A stretch of DNA of 64,000 bases from Vairimorpha necatrix (Eukaryota). Made by a program: the position numbers and the translations under genes. The notes under the pieces are model-generated. The model had not been told where the DNA came from. It ran no database searches and was given only the letters and a program-made list of their open reading frames with translations. Position 1 is the first letter of the stretch. Each line of letters starts with the position of its first letter. The DNA is taken from assembly GCA_036630325.1 (NCBI GenBank), contig CP142734.1:806001-870000 (forward strand). The letters are read 5' to 3'. Shown here in pieces: positions 47,266 through 59,999 of the stretch.

Positions 47266-48499
47266 AATCTCAATACTGCTTGTTTTTTGCTATGATCGGA
47301 TGTAGACTCAAATGGTTTAGAGGTCTCGCAACTTTTTTATATATTTGTGTTTCCTCAGGAAAAAAAATCTATTAGTATTAAATAATTTTATGTATGATAG
47401 AGTAAAAGAAATTGAATAATTATATTAGTCACATAATACATATAACATTAAATCCAAATCGATCCTCACAGAACAAGAATCTGTCATGTCATCATAATAA
47501 ATAAATTCTCGAATATGAGAAAAAAAAACAAGTGTTATGAAAGTATTTTTAAAAATAAATTATAATAATGTCAGTAAATGCATATAAGAAAATTTTTATT
47601 CAAAAAAATGAACTTTTATAGATAAGTAAAAAATATTTTTCTGACATCGCAACGATAACTATAAATTATCCTACAAAAACCATAGCTAGTAAACTAATCT
47701 ATAAAAACCTCAAAGACTTACAAAATCTTTTGCATATAATTTTAAACCTTTCTTTCAGCATTAATTTTTTTAGGCACATTTATAATTGCTATTGAATACA
47801 ATGTTTTGTTTTAAATAACATTGATAATTTTTTAGATTGGCGATGAAATTTCGTAACAGTCATTATGCGTATATTTTCATTTGAATTCTTCCTATTTATG
47901 AGAAAAACGTTGTATAACATGATAAACGCCTTGTGCCGCGCTGATATAAACTAATTTTATATTTATGTATCGAGGGAGCAGTAGTGGAAGTCAACTTTAA
48001 TGAACATAAATAACGTTATTGGATTTAACCAAAGAGTCTGAAGGAAATTGCATTTATTTAAAGTTACAATTCTTAAATAGTTCCATTTGAGATATTAATT
48101 TCTGATTTGTGTTAACTTTATAAGAGATGCTGAGCAAGATGATGGTAGCATATTAGTCTGGGGTCGACAAACATGTTATATTTCAGATGTATTTTGGGAA
48201 AATGTACTAAATAGAATTATAAATATATATATATATATATAATATTAAATATTAACGAATATTTATCATAGACTAGGTATTTTATATCATCATGATTAAT
48301 TTAGAATCAAATATAAAGCAAAAATTTTATCTGAGAATATAAATATTTTATTAAGTATGCTGAAACATATTTATTCGAATATAAAAACGATTAAGAAAAT
48401 TTTGATGGCGACATATTCTATTATGTTATTTCTAGTTAAATCCTTTCCGTTTTAAACGTTATTTACTGCTTTTATATTTAAAATATGAACTTCTACTTT

Positions 48500-48930
48500 G
48501 AAGAAAGACTTTAAAAGAAAAGAATGATAATTTTTAAAAACAAATAGTATAGTATATAAGCAAAATTTATAGAAAAAAATTGCATTAAATTATAATACAA
48601 AAGTTTTGAGATTTTGAATTTTTTTAATTCAATTTCTGATACTTATCAAGCAGAATCTTGATAGTTTTATGTTCTTAAAATTTTTTTGCATAGGGTTAAG
48701 GTTAAATAAATTTTAAAAAACGATTCTGACGAGTTTTAAACCAAGTTATATATAAATAATAATTAAATAAAAACGTCTAACATATATTATAGACGTTGTT
48801 CAATAAAAATAACCCGAAGTAAAAAATATATATTTGATTTTTAGCATAATAAGAAAAAATTAAGCAGTTTAATGATTTCAAAACACGAAAAGATAAGGGC
48901 AAAAAACAAATAAAATGTTTTTTATAATAT
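48500..48930 (-). mobile_element. Decayed Helitron copy; boundaries approximate
   Basis: GGTTAAATAAATTTTAAAAAACGATTCTGACGA core is shared with the family. Confidence 0.6.
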
Positions 48931-49394
48931 TGTAGACAGATACATTCAATATTTTTTGGCATGTTTTTTATGACTGATTTTTTTTTCAAAGTCAAAAAAA
49001 ACCTCGGAAATTAGTCGATGTGACGGATTTAAATAATATCTTACAATTTATTCTATATTCCGTTTTAATACCTTTTATGTATACAAACGTTGCAAAAATC
49101 ATATAAAATATTTCATCCTTTAAATAGCAGACCTTTATCTGTCTTTAGATTTGTATAATACCCTTAATATTTTTTTATTGATACTTTATTAGATTTACGT
49201 CTCGATTTCGTCACTTTCTACGAGTCCGCTTTTGTATTTGTTAGATTGATTTAGACACTAAGCCGTTTTATATTTTTACATAGTAAATAGTTATACATCA
49301 TGTATGAATAAAGTAAAACTTGTGTTCAAGTTCAAAAATAATTTTTTAATGAGCTATAATATCAAAAGTGTATGATATTAAATATAATTTGATT

Positions 49395-49500
49395 GAGATT
49401 TGAAATGTAAAAAAATTTGTCAATGTGTACGTCAAATGTCGACAATTCTCAAATAACATGTCAAGGGGCTACAGACGAAAAGGAGGGTGTTTGGCATATG
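49395..49500 (+). promoter_or_regulatory. Family A upstream module not directly followed by a gene
   Basis: GAGATTTGA...TTTGTCAA...CAAATAACATGTCAAG; followed by a Merlin TIR at 49580. Confidence 0.5.
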
Positions 49501-49579
49501 TTTTAAAATAAAAAATTAAAAGAAACTAAAGTGCAAAACCGAAACATAAAACACAAAAAAAAACAGTATTTGAAGGCTT

Positions 49580-50602
49580 GGCCAAAGTCCACTTTAGCAC
49601 GCAAAATTCGATATAGGGTTTTTTGTGTTTTTTTGCCTCTTTTTTTTAAAAAATGGAGGAGAGAATTTTGACGAGAGAAGAATTAGAAATCATATATAAT
49701 GATTTAATAGTGAAATTTTAAAATAAAACTTGTGATATATGTTATGGTAGAATGAGGAAAGAAAGAAAATACAGTAGTATCTTTAAGTGTACTTGGAAAG
49801 ATTGTAAAAAGTCAATTTCCATTTGGCATGATACGTTCTTTAATAATTGTAAACTCAATCATATAACATGTTTACAGATACTTATCATGTGGGTTATCGG
49901 TTATTCTCGGAAGCATATTTGTCAAATTTTGGGTTGTACGAAAAAATCAATATCTTCATTATTGAAAAAACTAAAGGAAATATGTATTTACGATAAATAT
50001 TTATCTACTCTGAATATGCTGGGTGGAGAAGGGATAATAGTAGAAATCGACGAATAAAAAATTGGAAAAAATAAATACAATAGAGGTAAATTAGTGAAAG
50101 GCTTCTGGTGTTTTGGCATGGTCGAACGAACCATAGAACGTAGAATCATAATGCTTTATATTAAAAAAAAAAAAGATAAAGAAACACTTACTGAACTTTG
50201 GTGAAATATGTAAATAGAGATAGTATTATATATAGCAATATGTGGAGAGCCTACAATTCTTTGGGTACTATATTTAAACATCATATGGTTAATCATTCAT
50301 TATATTACAAGAACCAAATACGGGAGTTCATACCAATACCATAGAAGGTAATTGTCGTTCCCTTAAAAATTCTATACCTAATCAAATAGATCAGTTAATA
50401 GTGCAAAACTTTATTTATTTAGGTATATGCTCCAGAGAAATAATTCTAATTCTGTTTTTGATGCATTAATAAATTTATTGTTCTAATTTTAATTTTTGTT
50501 CCTACCTCCACATTTTCTCTCCTCCATTTTTTTAAAAAAGGGGCAAAAAAAAAACACAAAAAACCCTATATCAAATTTTGCGTGCTAAAGTGGACTTTAA
50601 TC
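49580..50602 (+). mobile_element. Merlin transposon copy 2 (pseudogenised transposase)
   Basis: TIRs GGCCAAAGTCCACTTTAGCACGCAAAATT; ATG at 49653; IVEIDE*KIGKNKYNRG; HTNTIEGN. Length 1023 bp versus 1022 bp for copy 1 without its SINE. No TSD. Confidence 0.9.
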
Positions 50603-51158
50603 TCCTGTGATTTAACAATTTTATTGATAAAATAAATTTCATTTTTTTCATTATAGATATCCTTGTTTTTTGATGGCTGTCAATCAAATAGATGTAATGG
50701 TAATCGAAAAACGATCGGTTTATTTTTGAATATGTGATTTTACTGTTCAACAATTATAGTTAGTATGATTACTAAATATATGCAAAATTTCAATGGATTT
50801 CTGACTAAGAAAAGCAGATAATTAAAAAATCTTTTCCATATGTTTAATAATTTCAAACTTGAACTTAGTTAAAAACTGATCAATTGGATAATGTGGTTAA
50901 CGTTTTTTCTTTTTTAATTTTTTAAATGACATGTCAAATTTATCAAAACAACTCCATGCATGTATTTTTTCGCATATTGTTTTTAATACTACACTCCATA
51001 TATTATTGATTATAAAATATATCTATATTTTGAATTTGTTTATTAAAAACCACACGAAATAAACATTATAAAATTTTGATAAAAATATTTCATAGATTTT
51101 ATTTTTTTACATTAAAGGAGAATTTATTTTATTTATGTTGAAAAAAAAACCCCATATA

Positions 51159-52097
51159 ATGGATTGTCCACTCTTTCTTTTATTGTTTAATACATGTTTT
51201 AATACAATATCTTTATTTAGTTTTTGGCAAACAGACACAGAAGTAATTTTATATATGGGATTAGAAGAGGACATAAAAGTAGATCCATTATTCTCTTTTT
51301 CAATAATAGAATATGCGTATGTGGAGGAAAATGATGGTTCATTAAAAAATTTAGTAAGTTCTTATAACTTCAGTTTATTCGAAGACAAAGATCAGGAAAA
51401 TTTAGAGTCGGAATATATCAGATTTACTGATATATCTATCGATGTTCCAAAAAATAAATTTTTTTATAGTAAGAGAATTTTGAAGGCAACTTTCAAATCG
51501 AATAAGGATAGTTTATATAAAATTATAAGAAAAAATACCATTGAATATTCGGACTTTTTTAATTTAAATGTTGATACTAAATTTAAAACTATCAAATGGT
51601 GGGGAATGTCCATACATAATAGAACAAACCATACAAGTTTATATGAAAGTACCTTAGAAAACACAAATAAACATATAAGATTACATAAAGAATCAAGAAG
51701 TACTAAATCTTTACTACCATATCATTTTAAAGATAACACTGAGTTTTTTAATGATCTTGAAAAAACATGCGATACATATATATTTGAACTAGATAAAAAT
51801 ACAGATGAAACAAGTGATACTAGTGTATTTAATTTAGATGCTCTCCAATCCACATCAGAATATAATAAATTTTTGCTGCTGCCAATTTTACATAATAAAA
51901 ATATAGAGAAAAAAACAAAAGAAAAGGAGAAACTATACAATATAATTAAACAAAAAATCATTTCTAAATTTGAAAAAACATATGAAATTTCTTTACTTGC
52001 ATATAGAGAAATACCATATGTATTTTTTGTAGAAAAGGGGGTTAAAAAATTAATTCGCTCTTTTTCTTTGAAAAAGAAAATCAAAAATAAAAAGTAA
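51159..52097 (+). CDS. Family A member, short tail (312 aa from ATG 51159)
   Basis: CCCCATATA precedes the ATG. MDCPLFLLLFNTCFNTISLF, EVILYMG, FFYSKRILK; polybasic end LKKKIKNKK; lacks YDxP repeats. Confidence 0.85.
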   Translation: MDCPLFLLLFNTCFNTISLFSFWQTDTEVILYMGLEEDIKVDPLFSFSIIEYAYVEENDGSLKNLVSSYNFSLFEDKDQENLESEYIRFTDISIDVPKNKFFYSKRILKATFKSNKDSLYKIIRKNTIEYSDFFNLNVDTKFKTIKWWGMSIHNRTNHTSLYESTLENTNKHIRLHKESRSTKSLLPYHFKDNTEFFNDLEKTCDTYIFELDKNTDETSDTSVFNLDALQSTSEYNKFLLLPILHNKNIEKKTKEKEKLYNIIKQKIISKFEKTYEISLLAYREIPYVFFVEKGVKKLIRSFSLKKKIKNKK

Positions 52098-52099
52098 TA

Positions 52100-53050
52100 C
52101 TTCGTTAATCTTGTTTTTATTTTGGATAAAGTCGTATTCTCTTCTGAGATGCAACTCTATTATAGAAAAGTTATATTTTAAAGATTTATTCTGTTGTTCT
52201 TTCATACCACCAAGTAAGAAGTATCTATTAAAATTTTTATTGTTTGTTTACGAGGTAAAGAAATCGAAAAGTGTCAAAGTGATGTCTTTTACACGTGAGA
52301 AGACAGCTCAATTATATTATAATTGCTGTAATCCAAATTTTTTCTTTAAAAGCTTCGGAGATTTGTTTTTGTAATGCTTCCCTTTGCGTTCATAACAGCT
52401 AATGTTTTTTAAGAAGTACACATTGCTTCTCCAGGTCTAGAATATAAGCTTACTTTTTGGCTTTGATTTACTCTCGTGCGTCAAATTTATTTAAAAATAA
52501 ATACATTATTAAGCTATATTTAATATCTTATTTACTAATTACTTTTCACAAGATAGCTTACAATCTCTTCTGATAGTTTCCGGAGTTCCTTCTGAAATCC
52601 ACATATTGAACTCTTAAAGCCCTCTTCGTGATCAGTATAAAGCTTTGTCTGATTGAGATAGTTAAGCTTTCTAAGCCATTTTAAGGACTCTTGTTTGTAT
52701 ATATGCTTCTGTTCTGAGTTCTATTTTAAGCTCTTTGGTATGCACGCGGTGAAATTAGTTACTATTCCAACTCAAGTCATCACATAAGGAACATTTTCTG
52801 GCTTTTATAAATAGAGGAAGCCACTTGATTTCTATGCAAGTCGTATTTATGTTCCTTTTCTGTTTCTACCGCATGAATTGCTAAAGCAATTGATCAATTT
52901 CAACAACAGCCACTGCTTTTCTCAACTTGTCCACAATTAGTATATCATGCTTGTTATACTTTATTTTGATACTTAAATGTATCCTAGTGTCAATTATTAT
53001 CTCAATATACTCATTAGCTCCACATCTGGGCAGATTGGTTTTTTTCTTTT
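52100..53050 (-). mobile_element. Highly decayed non-LTR retrotransposon fragments
   Basis: Minus-strand pieces EIIIDTRIHLSIK and KHDILIVDKLRKAVAVVEI resemble the RLE endonuclease region seen at ~27080-27200. Confidence 0.4.
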
Positions 53051-55216
53051 AGCATAGGATAAAATATTAAATAAATTTAATTTATACTTTAAACTATAAT
53101 TATAAATAAATTAGCGAAATTATCTAATTTACAATAATATATTTAAAAAATTAATTGTATGAATCTCGCAAAGTAATTTCTAATTTTTATATTAAACATA
53201 TAAGTTGATATTTATGGTAGTTTATATTTTTTTTAACTATTTATTCCATAAGATATTAAAATCCATACAATTGTCTAATTACAGAAAAATCATGTAATAT
53301 TGGGCAATATAATCATGTATAGCTTTTATAATTAGATTTCGCATTTGCAAATATGATACTTAACTCACTTTATAAGTTTATACTATTTTTCAATCAAATT
53401 ATAATGCAAATTCTTACGTTCTGTTAATTTGCAGCTTTTCTTCATATTTTTTGCATTTTAAAAAAAAATTGAAGTAAAATAACAACAACAAAACACTGCA
53501 ACTTCTTCTCAAAGCATTTTATCTGTTATTCTTATTTCCTGGGATATTTTTGAATCTGCAGTATTACTTCTATTTTTATGTATTCAGATTTCTCTTGTTA
53601 TAATTGTTTTCAGTATCAAATACAAAATTTTTACGCATTTATAGATTAGTTTTTCAAAGATACATTATTTTTAGATTCAAGTTTTTGTTTGATATACAAA
53701 CCAATAAATCTGTAATTATTTCAGTTTTAAAACATTATATCTGAAAAATTTGGTTACTTAATTTTGAATCATAAAATAATTGTAATTTTTAAATTATTGT
53801 AACAATCAATAAATATTTTTTTGTGAATTTAATAAATGTTTAGTTACTGATAAAACTGTAATGCTTTGTTTTATCACAGATTAATAAATAGAATCCTTGA
53901 TTTTAATTTAACAAATTAAAATGTTTCCCCCCTTTTTTAATAGTCCTAAGTCTTTTTATCGTTTTTTATTTGTAATATGAACTAGTCATTCACGATTTAT
54001 CGTGTAAGTAAATTTTTCATGTAAATAATTATATTTTTTACACTCAAAAAAAAAAAAATAAACCCGATTTTATCATATAATTGATATAAAAATAGCTTAT
54101 AGTGTATATATGATTTTTAATTTTTTTAGGAATTATATAATAGTAACTATTCTATTAATTCTAAATTATCTTAATAACTAGATATTATTGTTAAAAATTA
54201 GCTCATGAAATATCGATTTTGTGTAAAAGATAATTCAAACTATTTCCGTGTAATGTATAATCAAAGTTACGAAAAAAAAAATTAATGTTAGAGTACTAGT
54301 TTTCAAACAAATCCGTACACAAAACAAACCAAAATTTACACCATAATACATATTTTTCCTTGTTGCAATTTTAATCTATATTCTTTAATTTTTCTGTATT
54401 CTTTTCTATTTATTTTGCATTTTACTTGAAAATCGCTTAGAAATAGTTTTATGTGCTTAGACAATTTATTTCAACTTATTTGAAAATATTTATAAAATAC
54501 TTATTCTACAATAATGTAATATATTCAAAAATTTTAATATATTATAGCACACTGGGAAATGAATTACAATTTAAATATTTAAATTAAATGTTGAATAACA
54601 CATCTATGATTTACTATTTTCTCATCACATTTGGTCTTTAAATAACAAAAAAAAAATAAAATAAATGCAAAAACAAACAATTTAAATTGATGTACTTTCT
54701 ATATGTTAGATATATCTAAGATAAGTTGTATTTATTTATACAATATATCTAAGATATTCAATTCACGACACTATAAAAATATACTGCTATTTACAATAAA
54801 TGATTTGAAATGATATATTTCATAGAAATTTTAAAATTTGATCTGATGAAACAAAAATATAACAAGTAGTGTTCTATATGTTTTTATACTTTAACAATAA
54901 ATGTATGTCTTTAAATATACCAATTGTTGTTTGATATTAGTTTTATTTGTTTTCTAATTTTCGTTAGTTAAATACATAATTTTAAATTTTCTATTTTATT
55001 CTTATTTCATTGCATTAACATCTTTTTTAAGCAATTTGTTTAAGTTTTATTTTACAAATCATGCATTATTAATGTAACATATTTTAATTTTTTTGATTTG
55101 TTCTTTCGTCACATTTATTAAATTTGACAGATACAATTTATCAAAAAAAATTAAAAAATAATTAAATAACAAAATAGTAATAAAAATTACAAAATATATT
55201 TAAATAACAAAATAAT

Positions 55217-55476
55217 AAAAAAAAATTATCTGATATTTTTATTTAATTTATTTTAATATAAAAAAATTATCTGATATTTTTATTTAATTTATTTTAATAT
55301 AAAAAAAAATTATCTGATATTTTTATTTAATTTATTTTAATATAAAAAAAAATTATCTGATATTTTTATTTAATTTATTTTAATATAAAAAAAATTATCT
55401 GATATTTTTATTTAATTTATTTTAATATAAAAAAAATTATCTGATATTTTTATTTAATTTATTTTAATATAAAAAA
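55217..55476. repeat. 6 x ~42-bp minisatellite immediately upstream of the 55499 gene
   Basis: Unit (A)n-TTATCTGATATTTTTATTTAATTTATTTTAATAT; copies differ only in A-tract length. Confidence 0.95.
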
Positions 55477-55498
55477 GGAAAAAAACATCCCCTTAACA

Positions 55499-56899
55499 AT
55501 GAATTTCTTTCTTTTATATTTATTAAACGGCACGTGTATTAATACAGTCTCTTTATTCGTTTTTAGCGAAAGAATGAATGAGACGAACATCTATCTAGGA
55601 ATGGATGAAGATTTGTCAGAAACAGCTTCATGTTTCTTTGAAATTCAAGAATATGCAATTCTTAAAGACAAGGAAGTAGTAAAAATTTATAATCTTAATC
55701 CATGTGATGAATCAGATCTTAAAAATATATATACTGAATATAATAAGCATGAAGGGCAATCTACTTATGAAAATTCAAACAAACGAATTTTCGACGTTAA
55801 AAGGATTCTAAAGACATCATTTGATATACAAACTAATAATATATATAGAATATTTAAAAAGAGTAAGCTTAATAATACTGTTATGTGCTCGGAATATTTT
55901 TTATTCAATTTTGAAAAAAAATTTTATACCTTAGAATTGTCAGAGCGATCTAAAATAACTAAAGATTTAGATGTTATTGTATTTGATAATCTCAAAGATA
56001 TATTATTTTTTGACAATCAATTAAATGAGATGAAAATCGAAAATCAACAAGACAAAAAAACAATAATGGAACAAGTACATAATCCAAAAATATTGCCCGA
56101 AACTAGTCCCAATATAAAACAACCCCATGAAATTTACAAGGAACAAAATTTCCACATGAAAAAAAACAATGATAAAACACAGAAATATATTACAAATCCT
56201 AAACAAGAAACTATAGATGGTCAAGTATATGATAGCTTTCAACATAATGAACAAAGAATAAAAAACGAAGAACATTCTAAAAGTCTAAAAAATGCACATC
56301 AAAATTCTAATAAAATTAAAAAAAATGAAAAAATTTATAAAGCACCTAAAAAATCTGAACAAACTTATAAAAGTCCAAAAAACATCGAACAAACTTATAA
56401 AAGTCCCCAAAACATCGAACAAACTTATAAAAGTCCCAAAAACATCGAACAAACTTATAAAAAGCCAAAAAACATCGAACAAACTTATAAAAAGCCAAAA
56501 AACATCGAAGAGACATACAAAAGACCTCCAAGTAAAGTAAGACGTTACTTTCCATCAAATAGCAGTGAACCAGCAACAAATGAAATTGTAGAGAACAGCA
56601 ATGGTGAAAACAATACAAACAGCGAACCAATTTATGATGAGATAGACGAGAATAACAATGAGAGAACCGATAAGATCAAAATAGACCCTATTTATTGCGA
56701 AATAGATGATAAAAATAATAATAATAGTAAATACGAATCTATAAGTAAATCACATAGTGGTAAAAATATATCGGTGGAAAATAAAGATAGGCATATTAAT
56801 GACAAAAATTACTCTTCCAAGGTTAAAAAAATAAGTTTGTTATGTTGTTGTATTAAAAACAACAAAATCTCTGATGATGATGAAAAGAAAAAAATGTAA
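55499..56899 (+). CDS. Family A protein with YKxP decapeptide repeats and EPIYDEI/DPIYCEI (466 aa)
   Basis: CCCCTTAACA precedes the ATG. TCINTVSLF; seven YKxP repeats; C-terminal KVKKISLLCCCIK. Confidence 0.9.
   Translation: MNFFLLYLLNGTCINTVSLFVFSERMNETNIYLGMDEDLSETASCFFEIQEYAILKDKEVVKIYNLNPCDESDLKNIYTEYNKHEGQSTYENSNKRIFDVKRILKTSFDIQTNNIYRIFKKSKLNNTVMCSEYFLFNFEKKFYTLELSERSKITKDLDVIVFDNLKDILFFDNQLNEMKIENQQDKKTIMEQVHNPKILPETSPNIKQPHEIYKEQNFHMKKNNDKTQKYITNPKQETIDGQVYDSFQHNEQRIKNEEHSKSLKNAHQNSNKIKKNEKIYKAPKKSEQTYKSPKNIEQTYKSPQNIEQTYKSPKNIEQTYKKPKNIEQTYKKPKNIEETYKRPPSKVRRYFPSNSSEPATNEIVENSNGENNTNSEPIYDEIDENNNERTDKIKIDPIYCEIDDKNNNNSKYESISKSHSGKNISVENKDRHINDKNYSSKVKKISLLCCCIKNNKISDDDEKKKM
56327..56530 (+). 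repeat. 30-bp coding tandem repeat (EQTYKSPKNI)
   Basis: Unit GAACAAACTTATAAAAGTCCAAAAAACATC, about 7 copies with degenerate ends. Confidence 0.95.
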
Positions 56900-59800
56900 G
56901 AATGCTTATAATTACAATAGAAGCAACATTGAAAAAAAAACAATTGAAAAACTATCTTAGCTTCGATAAAGGAAATTCTTCAAAAAAAAAGTATAAAAAA
57001 ATTAAACAATAAAATTTTTTTATTTCAAATAAACTACTTGATATGATATTATTTCAATTGATTTAATATATATCTTTGAGTGAATATTTTATTTGGTTTT
57101 TGATATTTTCAGTTTTTATAACGGATCTTTTTTACTTATATTATAAAGCCAAGCAAACATTTATTTGCTTTTTGTTGAAGAAAGTAAATTCAATAGTATA
57201 TTATAATAATTTTTCATCTAAACTAAAATTATGGCAACTGATATTATTTTCAATATACTATTTTTTCAAGCTTTAAAACTAAAATGTAAAAAAAATATTA
57301 TAGTTAAGTTAATTTTTTAATATATATTTTTTTGTTTTAATATATTTTTATTTTTTTTGCGCGTGTAAATAATATTGTATACGATAACAAATACTTTACT
57401 ACCTTTATCATTTTTTTTGACAATATTGATGTTTTTATAAAACGCACAAACATACTCAAAAAAAATCTACAAGATACACATTTATTTAAAGGTTTTTGTT
57501 AATTTGGTATTTTATTTTGCCAGAATGTAATGTCTATTGGTTAACTTCGATCGAATTATTCTTATTATTCACAGGTAAAGTTTTTTTTTCTGTTTAAAAT
57601 TAATCGAAAAATTCTCAAGAGTTTTTACCAAATTTGGTAGTAAAGGATAATCATAGTTATCAAGATCATTGTTGAGTCCTTAAAATGACTTTAGAAAGCC
57701 TAACTATGTCAGTCTTACATGGCTTGATATTGATCAGGAAGGAGAATTTAAGAGTCTATTGCGTGGATTCAAGAAGGAACTTCAGGAACTGTCAGAAGAG
57801 ACTATAAGCGTATCTTGTGAAAGGTATATCGTAAGTAAGATATTATTTATGCCCAAATAAAGTATTTTATTTAAGAATTCAGCCTAAACAAAAAAATTTA
57901 TAGTAAAAGATTCATTTAAGTCCACCGTCTAATCAATATTTCTTAGAAGATGTGAAAATTCTTATAAAAGTTAAATTGCAGGATTACATTGATAATGATT
58001 GCAACGATGAAAAGTAAACAGACTTGATAGTCTAGTCAAGATAAATTATTAAGTGAGATAAATATGCTAAATGGTAATAAAAGTACCAAATTAAAAAATG
58101 AGTTAACTTTTTGAAAAAACAACAACTATATTGTGAGATTGATGTAAACAGAAGCAAAAATATATAGCGAAGTTGTATAATCAACAATTAAAACTTAGAT
58201 ATCAAATTTGTACAACGCAACATAAGGATTTTAGCATAAGAATTAATTAATTGTCTGCAATGCTGAATCGTCCTGGTTTAATTACAAAGGGAAAAGTGCA
58301 ACATACACCAAATTTAAAATCAAAGAAAAAAGGAATTAATAATTGTCTAGAAAAAATGCAATATTTTATAAATAAAGAGACTTTGCTGTCTTACTCTTTG
58401 TGTTAAAGATTTGGAAAAAATTAAAAAAATGCTATAGAGTAAAAGGTGAAGGTCGACTTGCCATATAGAATTTATCAACTTAGACTACAAACCAAATGTC
58501 TAGAAGTGTAAGAAAACCAAGCATTTAAACAGGAAACAATCTAGAAACTTTAAAAAAAGAAGGCCCATAAGCTTTCAAATGTGGTTACACTTAACTCTAC
58601 CATAGAAATATCAGAGATTTAGAGCTAAAACAAGATTTAATATGATTTCTATTGCCGTATTTACGACTATGGTAGATATTTTTGGATACTTTTATGCACG
58701 TATGAATTTAAATTATAAAGCTATCGTTTCGAGTGTCCCTCTTCTTTGCTAGTTGTATTTATAGCTAGTTATATATTAAAGCCAAAATTTCAACAAATAA
58801 ATTCCTGTCTTCGACATTAACAGTTATGCTTTTAAATCATTTTCACCATTAATTAATTAAAACATGATCTTTGAAAGTCTAGATTTTTGCTATTTTAGGT
58901 TTTTTATGTGATACTGATAATTAAAGTGATTTAAATATATTTTTTTATTATATAAATTTTTAGAATAGGACGAAGGTTTCGCCTGCGACTTAAGACTGTA
59001 AAAAAACCATATTGAATTATTATTTTTTACACCTTCCAAAACGAAAACTTTAATATTCTTCCCTATTTTCGTTGTTAGAAAATGGGCATTTGTTTATAAA
59101 ATTGATAAAAACACATTTCAGATATTTGTTATCTGAGCAGTATCATGAAATATTTTTGCAGGACCTTATTACATCAATTAATATTGACAATGTTCTTTAA
59201 GAAATCATCTACTTTTATGGCCTTTGAATAAACTTTAACCCATATTACTCTTTCCTCAGGAAAGGCATATCTCAGTAAGAACCCGGGCTTGTTCCTTGAC
59301 GAAAATGGTTCACGCCTCGTTTTTTTGACCTTAAACATATTTTTTAGATTATGCGAACGATTGAAAATATTTTATTGCTTAAAAAATCCTATTTAGGTTA
59401 ATTTGTTTTTTCTATATAGTAAATGTTAATCTACAAAAATTATAATTTGATGGGACATAAGTGGAACAAAAGTGGAGAAAATATGCATAGATCATATTTT
59501 TACATCAGAATTCTTTGCACATGAAGAGTGTCAAACATTTCAATTGTATTAGACAAATGTCGGAATTAGTTAATTATGGTTTGCCGCATGACAGAAATAA
59601 TCGGAAGTTATTCTTGACTTTAATTTCTTCAGCACATTAATTTTTTTTTCCAAAATAATTTAGAAATATACGGCTCACGAAATTTAATTTCAGTGCTTTA
59701 GTTTTTTTAGTTATGTAAGGCTCGTTATCTAAACCAAATTTGAATTTTTTTTAACCGTAAAAAAGTTTTAAGATTTCATTTACTAAGGTATTTTTTAACA

Positions 59801-59999
59801 TACCCAGAATGGGTAAAAGAAAGATTTTATTTTTTGTAAATATATAAGATGTATCTTAAAAATATATTTTTAAATACTTTAAAATTTCATTTCTTATTTT
59901 ATGTAATTCAAGCAAATTATTTGGCATTATACTATACTTATCTGTAATATTATAATGATTATTGGTCTAATACTATTGTATAAAACTTATATATAAGCC

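Noticed and set aside
51135..51158. ORF-track start at 51135 (likewise 24611, 35261 and 43102)
   Set aside because: Paralogue alignment, CCC-motif position or non-ATG track starts favour ATGs at 51159, 24566, 35288 and 43054.
55217..55476. CRISPR-like appearance of the ~42-bp repeats (also 1907-2020 and 56327-56530)
   Set aside because: The units are contiguous with no unique spacers, there are no cas genes and the context is eukaryotic.
56021..56630. Overlapping repetitive ORFs in other frames
   Set aside because: By-products of the 30-bp coding repeat.
57600..59700. Slightly GC-richer stretches that may be decayed transposases (also ~9290-9560, ~15700-16200 and ~30480-30720)
   Set aside because: Too degraded to assign by eye; a BLASTX search against TE proteins is needed.
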